Position numbers and translations under genes: made by a program
Shown: one piece after another, positions 1 to 11,608 of the stretch
Numbering within the stretch: the first letter of the stretch is position 1
How the letters are laid out: the number at the start of each line of letters is the position of its first letter
Assembly: GCF_963921235.1 (NCBI RefSeq)
Contig: NC_086108.1
Location: forward strand, 53,508,001-53,572,000
Direction of reading: 5' to 3'
Origin: Mobula hypostoma
Lineage: Eukaryota
DNA: 64,000 bases
Notes under the pieces: generated by a model
The model's database searches: none
What the model was told of the DNA's origin: nothing
Seen by the model: only the letters and a program-made list of their open reading frames with translations

Positions 1-955
1 TTGTCCACTCTGCTTGTTACTTCCTCAAAGAACTCTAACAGATTTGTCAGGCAGGATTTCACTTTACAGAAACCATGCTGACTTTGACTTACTTTGTCAT
101 CAGCCTCCAAATACCCCAAAACTTCATACTTAATAATAGACTCCAGACTCCAACACTTTCCCAACCACTGAGGTTAGGCTAAATGACCTATAATTTCCTT
201 TAATTTGCCATCCTCCCTTCTTAAGGATTGGAGTGACATTTGCAATCTTCCAGTCCTCTGGGACCATGCCAGAAACAAGTGATTTTTTAAAGATCATCAC
301 CGATGCATCTGCTATCTCTTCAGTAACCTCTCTCAGGACTCTGGCATGTTATCCATCTGGTCCAGGTGACTTATCCACCTTAAGACCTTTGAGTTTGCCT
401 AGCATGTTTTCCTTTGTTATAGCAATGGCACTCACTTCATCTCCCTGACACTCGTGGACTCTGGCACACAGCAAGTGCTTCCACAGTGAAGACAGATGCA
501 AAGTAGCCATTAAGTTCATCTGCTATTTCTTTGTTCTCCCCCCCCCCCCCATTACTACCTCACCAGCATCATTTTCCAGTGGTCCAATACTATCTCTCAC
601 TTCCCTTTTATTCTTTATATAACTGAAACACTTTTGGTATCCTGCTTTATATTATTGGCTAGTTTGCCCTTGCATTTCATCCTTTCCCTTATAGCTCTTT
701 TAGTTGACTTTTGTTGGATTTTAAATGCTTCCCAAGCATCCAACTTCCCACTCACTTTTGCTACATTATAGTCCCTTTCTTTTGCTTTTATGCAGTCCTT
801 AACTTACCTTGCCAGCCACAGATGTCTAGCCCCGCCACCTGAGAACAACTTCTTCTGTGGGACTTGCCTTGCGTCTTGTGAACTATTCTCAGAAAGTTCA
901 GCCATCTCTGCTCTGTCATCATCCCGCCCAGTACCCTCCTCCAATCCATCTAGAC
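1..955 (-). mobile_element. CR1 LINE ORF2 fragment (degenerate), cut by window start
   Basis: Reverse complement matches CR1 ORF2 at 7300-8280 and 61820-63780 (e.g. tgacaaatctgttagagttctttgaggaagtaacaagcag; MAELSENSSQ segment). Confidence 0.9.
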
Positions 956-959
956 AAGA

Positions 960-3900
960 AGTGAAATGGCAGGTGGTGAAGAGAAGAAATCCCTGAAGAC
1001 AACATCCAAAAGATAGTGGGCTGCCTAGAGTTAAAGGAATAGGAAGGACAGGACAACAAACAGATGCCAGCAACCTCTCTTTGTCAGAGGATGAAGCAAG
1101 CACAGGAATCTGATAGCCCAGGCATAGGAAGTACCAATTAATAGAGGAAAAAGTATAAAGGAACCAACAGGCAATTATGGATAGGGAAAGAATTATGTTA
1201 CCCAAATCCCAGACCGGGTGCAGCACAAAATCCATAAGCTCCCAGCTCCAGGAGCGGCACAGTGCCCAATCAAAACCAGCACTGGGAAACCGGGAGCTGT
1301 ACAGAGGCCACTTGCTCCCAGCTCCAGGAAACCAGGAGCAGCAGAGGAGACAACCACCACCAGCTCCAGGAGTCTGGGAGCAGACCAACATCTGAGAGGT
1401 GGACAGTGTGGATCGACTAGAGCAGGATGTCGGAGGAGGAACAGTGACCAACCTCCCCCCAGGCACACCACCAGCATCGCCACACCCAAGGGAGGATCAT
1501 CCTCAGTACCTGAACCCACAAGCAGTATGCCAGTTCACCAATGCTGTGTGCATGATAGCTCAAACTGAGTGACAAGTGGACTGTGATACAAGAACTCAAT
1601 CATGGACATAAAACTGGCATCTTTGAATGTGTGCAGTGTGAAGAGAATGGTGCGACCTGTCAACGCTTTACAATAGCTGGCCAAGCCAAGGCGTGTGTGA
1701 CTTTTTTTCAGGAGTACGGGCTACCACACCTCCACAGCTACCAGAGGTGGGCGTGATGATGGCCCTATGGTTTTTCTGTGTGGTTGGGGGGCAATCATTG
1801 TTGTGCTTTGGGCCTGGGAATTTTGCTATGGGGAAGCAACTTGTCAATCACCCATCAGAGAGGTGGTTGGGGGGGGAGGGTTCACCTCCTCATGGCAGAC
1901 ATAATGAACCGGAACACTCTGCTGCGGCTAATTAATGAGTATGCCTCATCTGTGCAGAGCGAGTGGCTGGCCGGTTCCAACCAGTTCCCACCACTGATGC
2001 TGTTGTCATTCTGGCCAGTGCCTCCAACTGCATCATCGACGTGGCTGGACAGTCTGTCAGTGTGGACTCAGACTGGGCAGCAAGCCCAGATTCTTGATGG
2101 AAATGGCTAAAACTGCCAAGCTGTGCAGCCCCTTCAGCAACCCAGTAGACAGAGCACCGCTTCAACCCACCTGCTCACAACTGGATGACCCAGTCTGCTC
2201 TTGGATCAATTCCTCTTTATGTCAGAATCTGTCACAGTCAGATTCACTGACGTCACACTGGTGCTCTTCTCTGACTACTGCCTCCTCCAAGCTTCCTGTC
2301 ACCTACAGGAGGACTAGAAAGCAGGCAAACAGGGGGACACGGAAGTTAAACATCAGGCTAATGACACCAGAGAACATTAAGGAACTTGAGAGGGACTACA
2401 CAGGTTGGAGAACCTTGAAGCCCCTCTTTGATTCCTCTGTTCACTGGTGGGAAGCATCAAAAGGTTCTTCATCTGCAAAGACAGAGTCAGAGGGAGTCAG
2501 AGGGTCCAGACAGTGACTTCTCCTTCTGCAGTCCAGGGGATGGATCTGAGGGATGAGTAATGAGAGGTGAAAGGTGAAACGCCAGCAGATCCACTACTTC
2601 CATGCCAAATCCTCCAAGATCATCCTCCAGTCCTGGGTTTTCACTGTGGAACAGGATAAGGTGTGCTCACGTTTCTTCCAAAAGGTTCATGGGGGGGGGG
2701 GGGGAGCTCTGTGATGCATTGCCTTAATGAAGAGGAGAGCTCAGTAGCATCCTCACAGACAGGCATACTGAAGATCTGCAGATTCTTCTGTGTCAGTCTG
2801 TATGACAGAAAGGTCACAGACACCACAGCTTCCCAGAAATTTCTGTCCTCTTTCACGTTGGTGTTAGATGACAGCAAACGGGAAAGTCTGGACCAGCCAC
2901 TGACCCTGGAGGAGCTGGCCAGCTCCATTCATTTCTTTCACTCAAATAAAACTCATGGAAGCAACAGCTTACCGGCTGAATCGTACTCAGCCGTGTGGCA
3001 CGGCAGGGGCTCAGACTTGCTGGAAGTGTAGAATGCTATGCTCCTAGCTGGCAGCCTGTTGAACTCCATGAGGAAGGGCATCATTTCCCACATCTACAAG
3101 CAGAAGGGGAAGAGGGATGATATCAGGATTTCGAGGCCAATTTCACTGTTGAATGTAGACTATAAGATCATGTCCAAGGCCATAGGCAAGAGGGTGAAGT
3201 CTATTCTGGGACAGGTGATCCTCCCAGACCAAATGTGTGGTGTACTTAGCAGGAAGATCTTTGACAGCCTCACACTACTCAGGGACACTCATTGCCAAAG
3301 TGCAGGACAGGGGGTCATGCCTTCCAGGTCAGCTTGGACCAGGAGAAACCTTTTGACAGGATGTCACACACATACACAATGGACATACTCTCCAACATGG
3401 GTTTTGAGGATGGAATCAGGAATTGGATGCAACTGCTCTACACAGACATCTGTAGTGTAGTTTGAATCAGTGAGAGGGAAACAGGTAACTTCACCATCAA
3501 GTCTGGAGTCAGGCACAGTTGTCCACTCTCCCCTCTTATTTGTGTGCTATATAGAACCCTTTGCCAAAGGTATCAGGAAGGACAAGAGCATAAAAGGCGT
3601 GATGCCGCCTGGCAGTGGAGGAACCCAAGCGAAAACCTTCCTGTGCATGGATGACATCACTGTCTTCTGCTCAGGTCTAGGGCCAGTTCGCAGAATGATC
3701 AGCATATGCACCCAGTTTGAGTTGGCATCAGGAGTCAGAGTTAACTGCACGAAGAGCAAGGCCACGGTCTTCAGCAACAGGCCCAACCGATCCCGTGTCC
3801 TCTTAACCATCGGGGTCTGTGCAAAGAATTGGCTGGAGTGGATTCGGAAGGTAAAACAAAAATTGGAACTGTGTGGAGAGTGCTCCCTATCCCTGGGAAG

Positions 3901-4632
3901 AACTTGGTCGTCTGGTGTGAAATTCTCTCAGGGCATCTGTACTTGGTGCAGGTGTGGTCCATCCCCCAATCCTTCAGCTTGGGAATCATCTGAACTGTCT
4001 TCAGGTTCATCTGAGGATCCAAGATGGAGCAAGTCAGACAGGTCACAATGCATAAGTCTCTGTACAGTGGGAGCAAAAATATACCCAATGTTGCCCTTGT
4101 GTGGCTGCACCAGCTGTGTGCAAAACCTAAATACATAGGCACCAAGGACCACTTCGTGTTGAGGTTCTATCTGTTCCCATTGTTGCATGAATGGGTCTGG
4201 CCCCATTGCTGCACAACAACCCAGTCAGTTGGATAATGCCACACTACCTGCCCTTTGTGAAAAAGTTCTTCCAGACCAATACCTTTGACCATAAGTCCGT
4301 CAGGTAGTGGTCCTGAAGACACTGCAGGAGAAGGACTCAATGGACGAGGTAAGGTGGTTCCCTGAGCAGACTGTCCACACCATCTGGCAGAACGCCTTGT
4401 CACCAGACATCACCAACTGGTAGCAAGACCTTGCCTGGCTGGTGGTGAGAGGGGACCTCCCTGACAGATCCTTCCTGCATGCCCGAAGCATCAATCCCAC
4501 AGCATGCTGCAGCGAGTAGCTCACCTCTATGGACGGTGAGTTTGCGAAGAGGGTGAGGAGAAAGATGCAAGGACCTACTGTATGTTAGACTTCATCCTGA
4601 GCAGCTGCATGACAGAGGATTCTCTGATCTAC
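960..4632 (+). mobile_element. Tx1-like (L1 clade) LINE, degenerate: ORF1 C-terminal tail plus ORF2
   Basis: ORF2 starts at ATG 1602 (MDIKLASLNV, APE motif I) followed by QE and WLGGNHCCALGLGILL; RT motifs RPISLLNVDYKI (ORF 3038-3460) and CMDD (ORF 3470-4138); many frameshifts. Confidence 0.85.
1602..4630 (+). pseudogene. Tx1-like ORF2 (APE endonuclease + reverse transcriptase), disrupted
   Basis: ORF pieces 1778-2110, 2663-3031, 3038-3460, 3470-4138; the C-terminal half of the APE is replaced by unrelated sequence at about 1975-2515. Confidence 0.8.
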
Positions 4633-4765
4633 AAATTCAAGTATAATTGTCATTCAACCATACATGAATACCCCTAAACACAGCCAAACAAAATAGTATT
4701 ATTCCAGGGCCAAGGTGGAAAACACAGTACCACCAGCGCACACAGCACAAGGCACATGTAAGGTA
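4633..4765 (-). repeat. LINE 3'-UTR-like dispersed repeat
   Basis: Reverse-complement similarity to 29110-29272 (ggtactgtgttt.caccttggccc...cgtttggctgt...gtattcatgtatg.ttgaatgacaa). Confidence 0.7.
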
Positions 4766-4988
4766 GAGCTTTAAAAAGGCAGTCTCTATAAAAGAGAGGT
4801 ACCGCCAAGCGGAGCGGTCATCGTTGGGTAGTCTGAATCAGAGTAGTAAGGCTTTTGCTCAACAAGGATTCAGAGAGAACAGCAGAGAGAGGCAAGGTAA
4901 ATAGGCAAGTTCTTTCCTTATTGCTTATTTCTTTTTTACTGAATTAACTCTTGAGAGAATAGGGGGTATGTCTACAGATCCAGTGTTT

Positions 4989-5640
4989 GACAATAGGTGC
5001 TGGAGTAGGCCATTCGGCCCTTTGAGCCAGCACTGCCATTCACTGTGATCATGGCTGATCATCCACAATCAGTATCCAGTTCCTGCCTTATCCCCATAAC
5101 CTTTGATTCCGCTATCTTTAAGAGCTCTATCCATCTCTTGTTTGAAAGCATCCAGAGACTTGGCCTCCACAGCCTTCTGGGGCAGAGCATTCCATATATC
5201 CACCACTCTCTGGGTGAAAAAATTTTTCCTCAACTCCTTTCTAAACGGCCTAACCCTAATTCTTAAACTGTGGCCTCTGGTTCTGGACTCACCCATCAGC
5301 GGGAACATGCTTCCTGCCTCCAGCGTGTCCAATCCCTTAATAATCTTATATGTTTCAATAAGATCCCCTCTCAGCCTTCTAAATTCCAGAGTATACAAGC
5401 CCAGTCGCTCCAATCTTTCGACATGTGACAGTCCCACCATCCCAGGGATTAACCTTGTGAACCTACGCTGCACTCCCTCAATAGCAAGAATGTTCTTCCT
5501 CAAATTTGGAGACCAAAACTGCACACAGTACTCCAGTGTGGTCTCACCAGGGCCCTGTACAGCTGCAAAAGGACTCCTTTGCTCTTATACTCAATTCCCC
5601 TTGTTATGAAAGCCAGCATGCCATTAGCTTTCTTCACTGC
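4989..5640 (-). mobile_element. CR1 LINE B, 5'-truncated 3' fragment nested in ORF1 of CR1 A
   Basis: ORF 5069-5524 QFWSPNLRKNILAIEGVQRRFTR...FFTQRVV is the CR1 ORF2 C-terminus; 3' UTR gggccgaatggcctactcc. Confidence 0.92.
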
Positions 5641-8450
5641 TTCTCTATGTCAGATGTGGGATTTCCAGCAGACTTCCAGCCTCCCCAATGGCCACATCTG
5701 CGCCAAGTGCATCGAGATGCAGCTCCTTAGAGATCGTGTTGGGGAACTGGAGCTGCAGCTCAATGAACTTTGGCTTGTTAGGGAAAGTGAGGAGGTGATA
5801 GACAGGAGCAACAGGAAGGTAGTCATCCCGAGGCTATAGGAGATAGATGAATGGGTGACTGTCAGGAGAGGGAATGGAGAACATCAGATACTGGAGAGCA
5901 CCCCTGTAGCCACCCCCTCAATAATAAGTATTCCATTTTGAGTACCATTGGGAGAGTGGGGGAAGCAACAGTGGCCATGCCTCTAGCACTGAGTCTGGTC
6001 CTGTGGGTCAGAAAGACAGGAAACTGAAGAGGATGGCAGCAGTAATAGGGGACTCTAGAGTTACGGGGACGGATAGGCAATTCTGTGGACGCGAAAAAGA
6101 AACATGGATGGTGGATTGCGAGAATATAGGGAGTTAGGAAGGAAACTGAGAAGCAGGACCTCAGGGTAGTAATCTTGGGATTGCAGCCTGTGCCACATGA
6201 CAGTGAGGATAGGAATAAAATGAGGTGGTGGATAAATACATGACTGAAAAATTGGAGCAGGAGGCAGGGATTCAGATTTCTGGATCATTGGGACCTTTTC
6301 TGGGACAGGAGTGACCTGCACAAAAGGGACAGGTTGCACTTCAATCTGAGAAGGACCAATGACCTTGTGGGCAGGTTTGCTAGAGCTGTTGGGAGTGGTT
6401 TAAACTAATATGGTGGGTGGATGGAAACCAGTATGATAGCGCTGAGGATGAGCCAGCAGGTTTACAAGCAAATGATATAATATGTAATATGACTGTATAG
6501 AAGGACAAGCCAATGATTGGGTACAACTGCAGACAGAAAAAACAGTTAAGTTGTACTACAGAGGCAAAATTCATAAGGAAGAAGAATACAGGATTGAAGG
6601 TGCTGTACTTAAACGCACATAGTAGTCGGAATAAGGTGGACAAACCCGTGGCACAATAAGAGGTTGGTCGGTATGATGTTCTGGGCATCGCTGGTTGTGG
6701 CTGAAAGAAAGTTATAGTTGGGAGCTTAACATCAAATGATATACTTTGTACCAAAGTAGCAGGCAGGAAGGCATACTGTAGGTGGTGGTGGTGTGGCTCT
6801 GTTGTAAGGGATGGAATTACATCTTTAGAAATAGGTGATATGAGGTCAGAGAATGTTGGATCTTTGTGGGTGGAGTTAAGAAACTGCAAGAGTAAAAAAA
6901 CCATTATGGGAATCATATATAGGCCTCCAAATAGTAGACTAGATGTGGGATTGAGATTACAAAGGGAGCTGGAAAAGGCATGTAATAAGGGTAATGTAAC
7001 AATCAATTTGCAAGGGGATTGGGAAAATCGGTTGGTGTCGGATCACAAGAGAGGGAATTTTTTGAATGCATACAAGATGGTTTTTTAGAGCAGCTTGTGC
7101 CTGAGCCTAATTGGAGAGAAGGAATCTTAGATTGAGTGCTGTGCAATAACCCAGATCTTATTAATCAGCTTAATTTAAGGGAAACCTTAGGAGACAGTGA
7201 TTATAATATGATTGAATTCATACTGCAATTTGAGAGGGAGAAGTACAAGTCACATGTATCAGTGTCACAATGGAATAAAGAGAATTACACAGGTATGAGA
7301 GAGGAGCTTATCCAGGTGGATTGGACGGGGATACTGGCAGGGAGTACGGCAGAACAGAGCTTGGTGAAGGTTCTGGGAAAAGTTCACAAGATGCAGGATA
7401 GATCTGTCCTATAGAAGAAGCAGTTGTCAAATGGCACGGCAAGGCCACTGTGGCTGTCAAGGGAAGTTCAGGACTGCATAAAAACTAAGGAAAGAGCATA
7501 TAAGGTAGCAAAAGTGAGTGGGAAGTTGGATGATTGGGAAGCTTTTAAAATCCAACAAAAGGCAAATTAAAATGCTATTAGATGGGAAAAGATGAAATAT
7601 GATGGTAAACTAACCAATCATATAAAGTAGGATACTGAAAGATTTTTTCAGTTCTGTAAAGAATAAAAAGAAGGTAAGAGATGATTTTGGACCACTGGAA
7701 AATGATGTGGTGATGTGGTAGTGTCAGACAAAGAAATGGCAGATGAACTTAATAAGTACTTTTCTTCTGTCTTTACTGAGGAAAACACTAGCTGTATGCC
7801 AGAGCTCTGTGAGTGTCGGGGAGCAGGAGTGAGTGCCATTGCTATTACAAAGGAAAAATTGCTAGGCAAACTGAAAGGTCTTAAGGTGAATAAATTGCCT
7901 GGGCCAGATGGAGTACATCCCAGAATCCTGAAAGAGGTTGCTGAGGAGATAACAGATGCATTGGTCATGATCTTTCAAGAATCCCTTGATTCTGGCATGG
8001 TCCTGGAGGACTGGAAAATTGCAAATGTCACTCCACTCTTTAAGAAGGGAGGAAGACAAAAGAGAGGAAATTATAGGCCAGTTAGCCTAACCTCAGTGAT
8101 TGGGAAAGTGTTGGAGTCCATTATTAAGGATGAGGATTTGGGGTATTTGGAGACTAGTGATAAAATAAGTCAAAGTCAGTGTGGTTTCTGTAAAGGGAAA
8201 TTTTGCCTGACAAATCTGTTAGGGTTCTTCGAGGAAGTAACAAGCAGGGTGGACAAAGGAGAGGTAGTGGATGTCATTTACTGAGATTTTCAGAACACAT
8301 TTGATAAAGTGCCTCAGATGAGACTGCATAACAAGATAAAATCATATTGTGTTTTAGAAATATATTTGTATGGATAGAGGAATGGCTGACAGCCAAGAGG
8401 CTGTGAATGGGAATAGAAGTGGTCTTTTCTGGTTGGCTACCAGTGACTAA

Positions 8451-9065
8451 TATTGGAAAATGTAAACACATACATTGTATTTTCTATGTATTACAGTATT
8501 TGCAGTATTTACTCAGCAGTATTTACCCCAATGTACACATTGTAACAGCATTTACTCAAAGGGACATTGTATTTTCTATATTCACTATGTAACTGCTGCT
8601 AGCTCAGTGGAAAGTATTCACTATGTAGCCATGACTTTTGACCTAATCACTATTAATTCATGAAGAGAACTAGAATGAAACCAAGTAGGAAGATAACGGT
8701 GGCGAGTAAGGTAATGAAATATGTGGCAGTATGTCAAAACAAGACCAATTAAGAAATAACTGTGGTTAGGGATGAGGGGACACCTGGTCTAAAAAGTAAA
8801 CTAGGACATAATTAAATTGGGGAGTAAAACAATAGTGGAAGGTCGAGAGCGGATGTATTGATGATATGTGATCACAGGCCGTCTGGATATGATAATGTAG
8901 CTAAGATAGGAGATTGCTATAAAAAATGCTGTGTACAAGCCTTGATGGGCAGTCAGCTACTAGCTTTCTGATTGTCTCAGCTTTGATTTGCAAATTAAAG
9001 TTTAAAACTTCTTGAAGGATTTTCTGCATCTCCTTGTTGTTTGTAAGAAATGAGAAACCACAACA
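8451..9065 (+). mobile_element. Solo LTR (615 bp) inserted in the RT of CR1 A
   Basis: 4-bp TSD ctaa at 8447-8450 and 9066-9069; termini tattg...caaca (mutated TG...CA); TATA tataaaaaa 8918-8926; attaaa 8994-8999; CR1 sequence gtgactaa|cagtgttcctcagggg rejoins across it. Confidence 0.85.
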
Positions 9066-9170
9066 CTAACAGTGTTCCTCAGGGGTAAGTATTGGGACTA
9101 CTACTTTTTACATTGTTTCTCAATGATTCAGATAGTGGAATTGATGGCTTTGTGCCAAACTTTGCAGATG

Positions 9171-9368
9171 GCCATTTCTTCGGCAGTTGAACGGGGCACG
9201 ACTGTGCAAGTGCATGCAAGTCGGACCGTGAGGCGGCGGGAGTGTGTTTAAAAGAGAGAAGTGTGTGGAAGTCGTTCATTTCTTCGGCAGTTGAACCGGA
9301 CACAACTGCGCAAGCACGTCTATGTCGGACCGTGAGGCAGTGGGAGTGTGTTTAAAAGAAAGAAGTGT
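9171..9368 (+). repeat. Two ~104-bp tandem 5' monomers of CR1 C
   Basis: catttcttcggcagttgaac...gtcggaccgtgaggc...gggagtgtgtttaaaaga.agaagtgt occurs at 9173 and 9277. Confidence 0.9.
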
Positions 9369-9519
9369 AACGGAGCGGGCGACGGAGTAGAGGGAGACAG
9401 AGTAGGAAGGCTTTGGCTCAAACGGCTTTGGCGAGTAGAGGCTGAGGAAGAGCTTCACTCCAAGTGAGGTAAGGCCGGGTAAGTTCCTTTAATAAATCTA
9501 ATTACCTTAAGAGTAGTTA

Positions 9520-10424
9520 GGGCAGTTGAGTGCTCCGTTTGTAGGATGTGGGAAGTCAGGGCGAGCACAATCATCCCTGATGACTACACCTGCGAAAGGA
9601 GCATCCAGCTGCAGCTCCTGACAAACAGAGTTAGTGAACTGGAGCTGGAGCTGGATGAACTTCAGATCATTCAGGAGGCAGAGGCAGAAATGAACAGGAG
9701 TTACAGGGAGGAGACAGGTAGCTGGGTGACTGTCAGGAGAGGGAAGGGGAATAGACAGAAAGAGCAGAGCACCCCTGTGGCCATTCCCACCAATAATAAG
9801 TACCTCGTTTTGGATACTGTTGGTGGGGATGACCTACCAGGGTCAAGTTGCAGTGGTTGCGTCTCTAGCACCGAGATGGGACCCTCAACTCAGAAGGGAG
9901 GGAGGGAAAAGAGGAGAGCAGTAGTGATAGGGGCTTCGATAGTTAGGGGAACAGATAAGAGGTTCTGTGGAAGAGATTGAGAATCCCGGATGGTCTGTTG
10001 CCTCCCTGGCGCCAGAGTCTGCGATATCTCGGATCGAGTTCTCGGTATTCTCAAGAGGGAGGGTGAGCAGCCAGATGTCGTGGTCCATGTAGGGACCAGT
10101 GACGTGGATAGGAAGAGTGAGGAGGTCCTGAAAGGTGAGTTTAGGGATTTAGGCGCCAAGTTAAAGGACAGGACCTCCAGGATAGCAATCTCAGGATCGC
10201 TACCAGTGCCACGTGCAGGTGGGTGTAGAAATAGTAAGATAGCGCAGATCAACACAAGGCTGAAGACATGGTGCAGGAGGGAGGGCTTCAGATTTATAGA
10301 TAATTGGGCAGTTTTTCAGGGAATGTGGGACCTGTTCCGGAGGGACGGTTTACATCTGAACTGGAGGGGGACAAATATTCTTGCAGGCAGGTTTGCTGGA
10401 GAGGCTCCAGTGGATTTAAACTAG
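9520..10424 (+). pseudogene. CR1 ORF1p: zinc finger/leucine zipper + SGNH esterase-like domain, one premature stop
   Basis: C-x2-C, LELELDEL zipper, VVIGASIVRG (GDS-like), VHVGTSD, RDGLHLN (DxxH); TGA at 9978-9980. Confidence 0.85.
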
Positions 10425-11608
10425 ATACAAGGGGGAAGGGGAACCAGAGTGTAGGAACAGATGTAGGGGAGAAGGAAGAAAAAGAAAATAGTAAAGTTGT
10501 TTGCACCCTTAGTGATAAACAGAATAAGAGATGGAAAATTTCTTAAATGCATTTATTTTAATGCTAGGAGCATTATAAGAAAAGTGGATGAGCTTAAAGC
10601 ATGGATTGATACCACGAAGTATGTTGTGGTAGCTATTTGTGAAATGTGGTTACAGGAGGGGTGTGATTGGCAACTAAATATTCCTGGATTTAATTGCTTC
10701 AGGTGTGATAGAATCGGAGGGACAAGAGGGGGAGGTGTTGCATTGCTTGTCAGAGGAAACATTACAGTGGTGCTCTGGCAGGATAGATTAGAGGGCTCAT
10801 CTCGGGAGGTTATTTGGGTGGAATTGAGGAATGGGAAAGGTGTAGTAACACTTATGGGGGTGTATTATAGACCACCAAATGGGGAGCGAGAATTGGAGGA
10901 GAAAATTTGTAAGGAGATAGCAGATATTTGTAGTAAGCGCAATGTTGTGATTGTGGGAGATTTTAATTTTCCACACATAGACTGGGAAGCCCATACTGTA
11001 AAAGGGCTGGATGGTTTGGAGTTTGTAAAATGTGTGCAGGATAGTTTTTTGCAGCAATACATAGAGATACCAACTAGAGAAGAGGTAGTGTTGGATCTCC
11101 TGTTAGGGAATGAGATAAGTCAGGTGACGGAGGTTTGTGCTGGGGAGCACTTCGGGTCCAGTGATCACAATGCTATTAGTTTCAATATAATTATGGAGAA
11201 GGATAGGTCTGAACCCAGGGCTGAGATTTTTGATTGGAGAAAGGCTAACTTTGAGGAGATGCAAAAGGATTTAGAAGGAGTGGATTGGGACAATTTGTTT
11301 TATGGGAAGAATGTAATAGAGAAATGGAGGTAATTTAAAGGTGAAAATTTGAGAGTACAGAATCTTTATGTTCCCGTTGCTCGAGGAATATAAAGAATGT
11401 AAAAAGAATCTTGAGAAAGAAATTAGAAAAGCTAAAAAAAGATATGAGGTTGCTTTGGCAAGTAAGGTGAAAATAAATCCCAAGGGTTTCTACAGTTATA
11501 TTAGTAGCAAAAGGATAGTGAGGGATAAAATTGGTCCCTTAGAGAATCAGAGTGGACAGCTATGTGTGGAGCCAAAAGAGATGGGGGAGATTCTGAACAA
11601 TTTCTTTT

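Noticed and set aside
1240..1385. Repeated cagctccagg units as a CRISPR-like or satellite array
   Set aside because: Short, irregularly spaced low-complexity motif within the Tx1-like ORF1 tail; eukaryotic context and no cas genes
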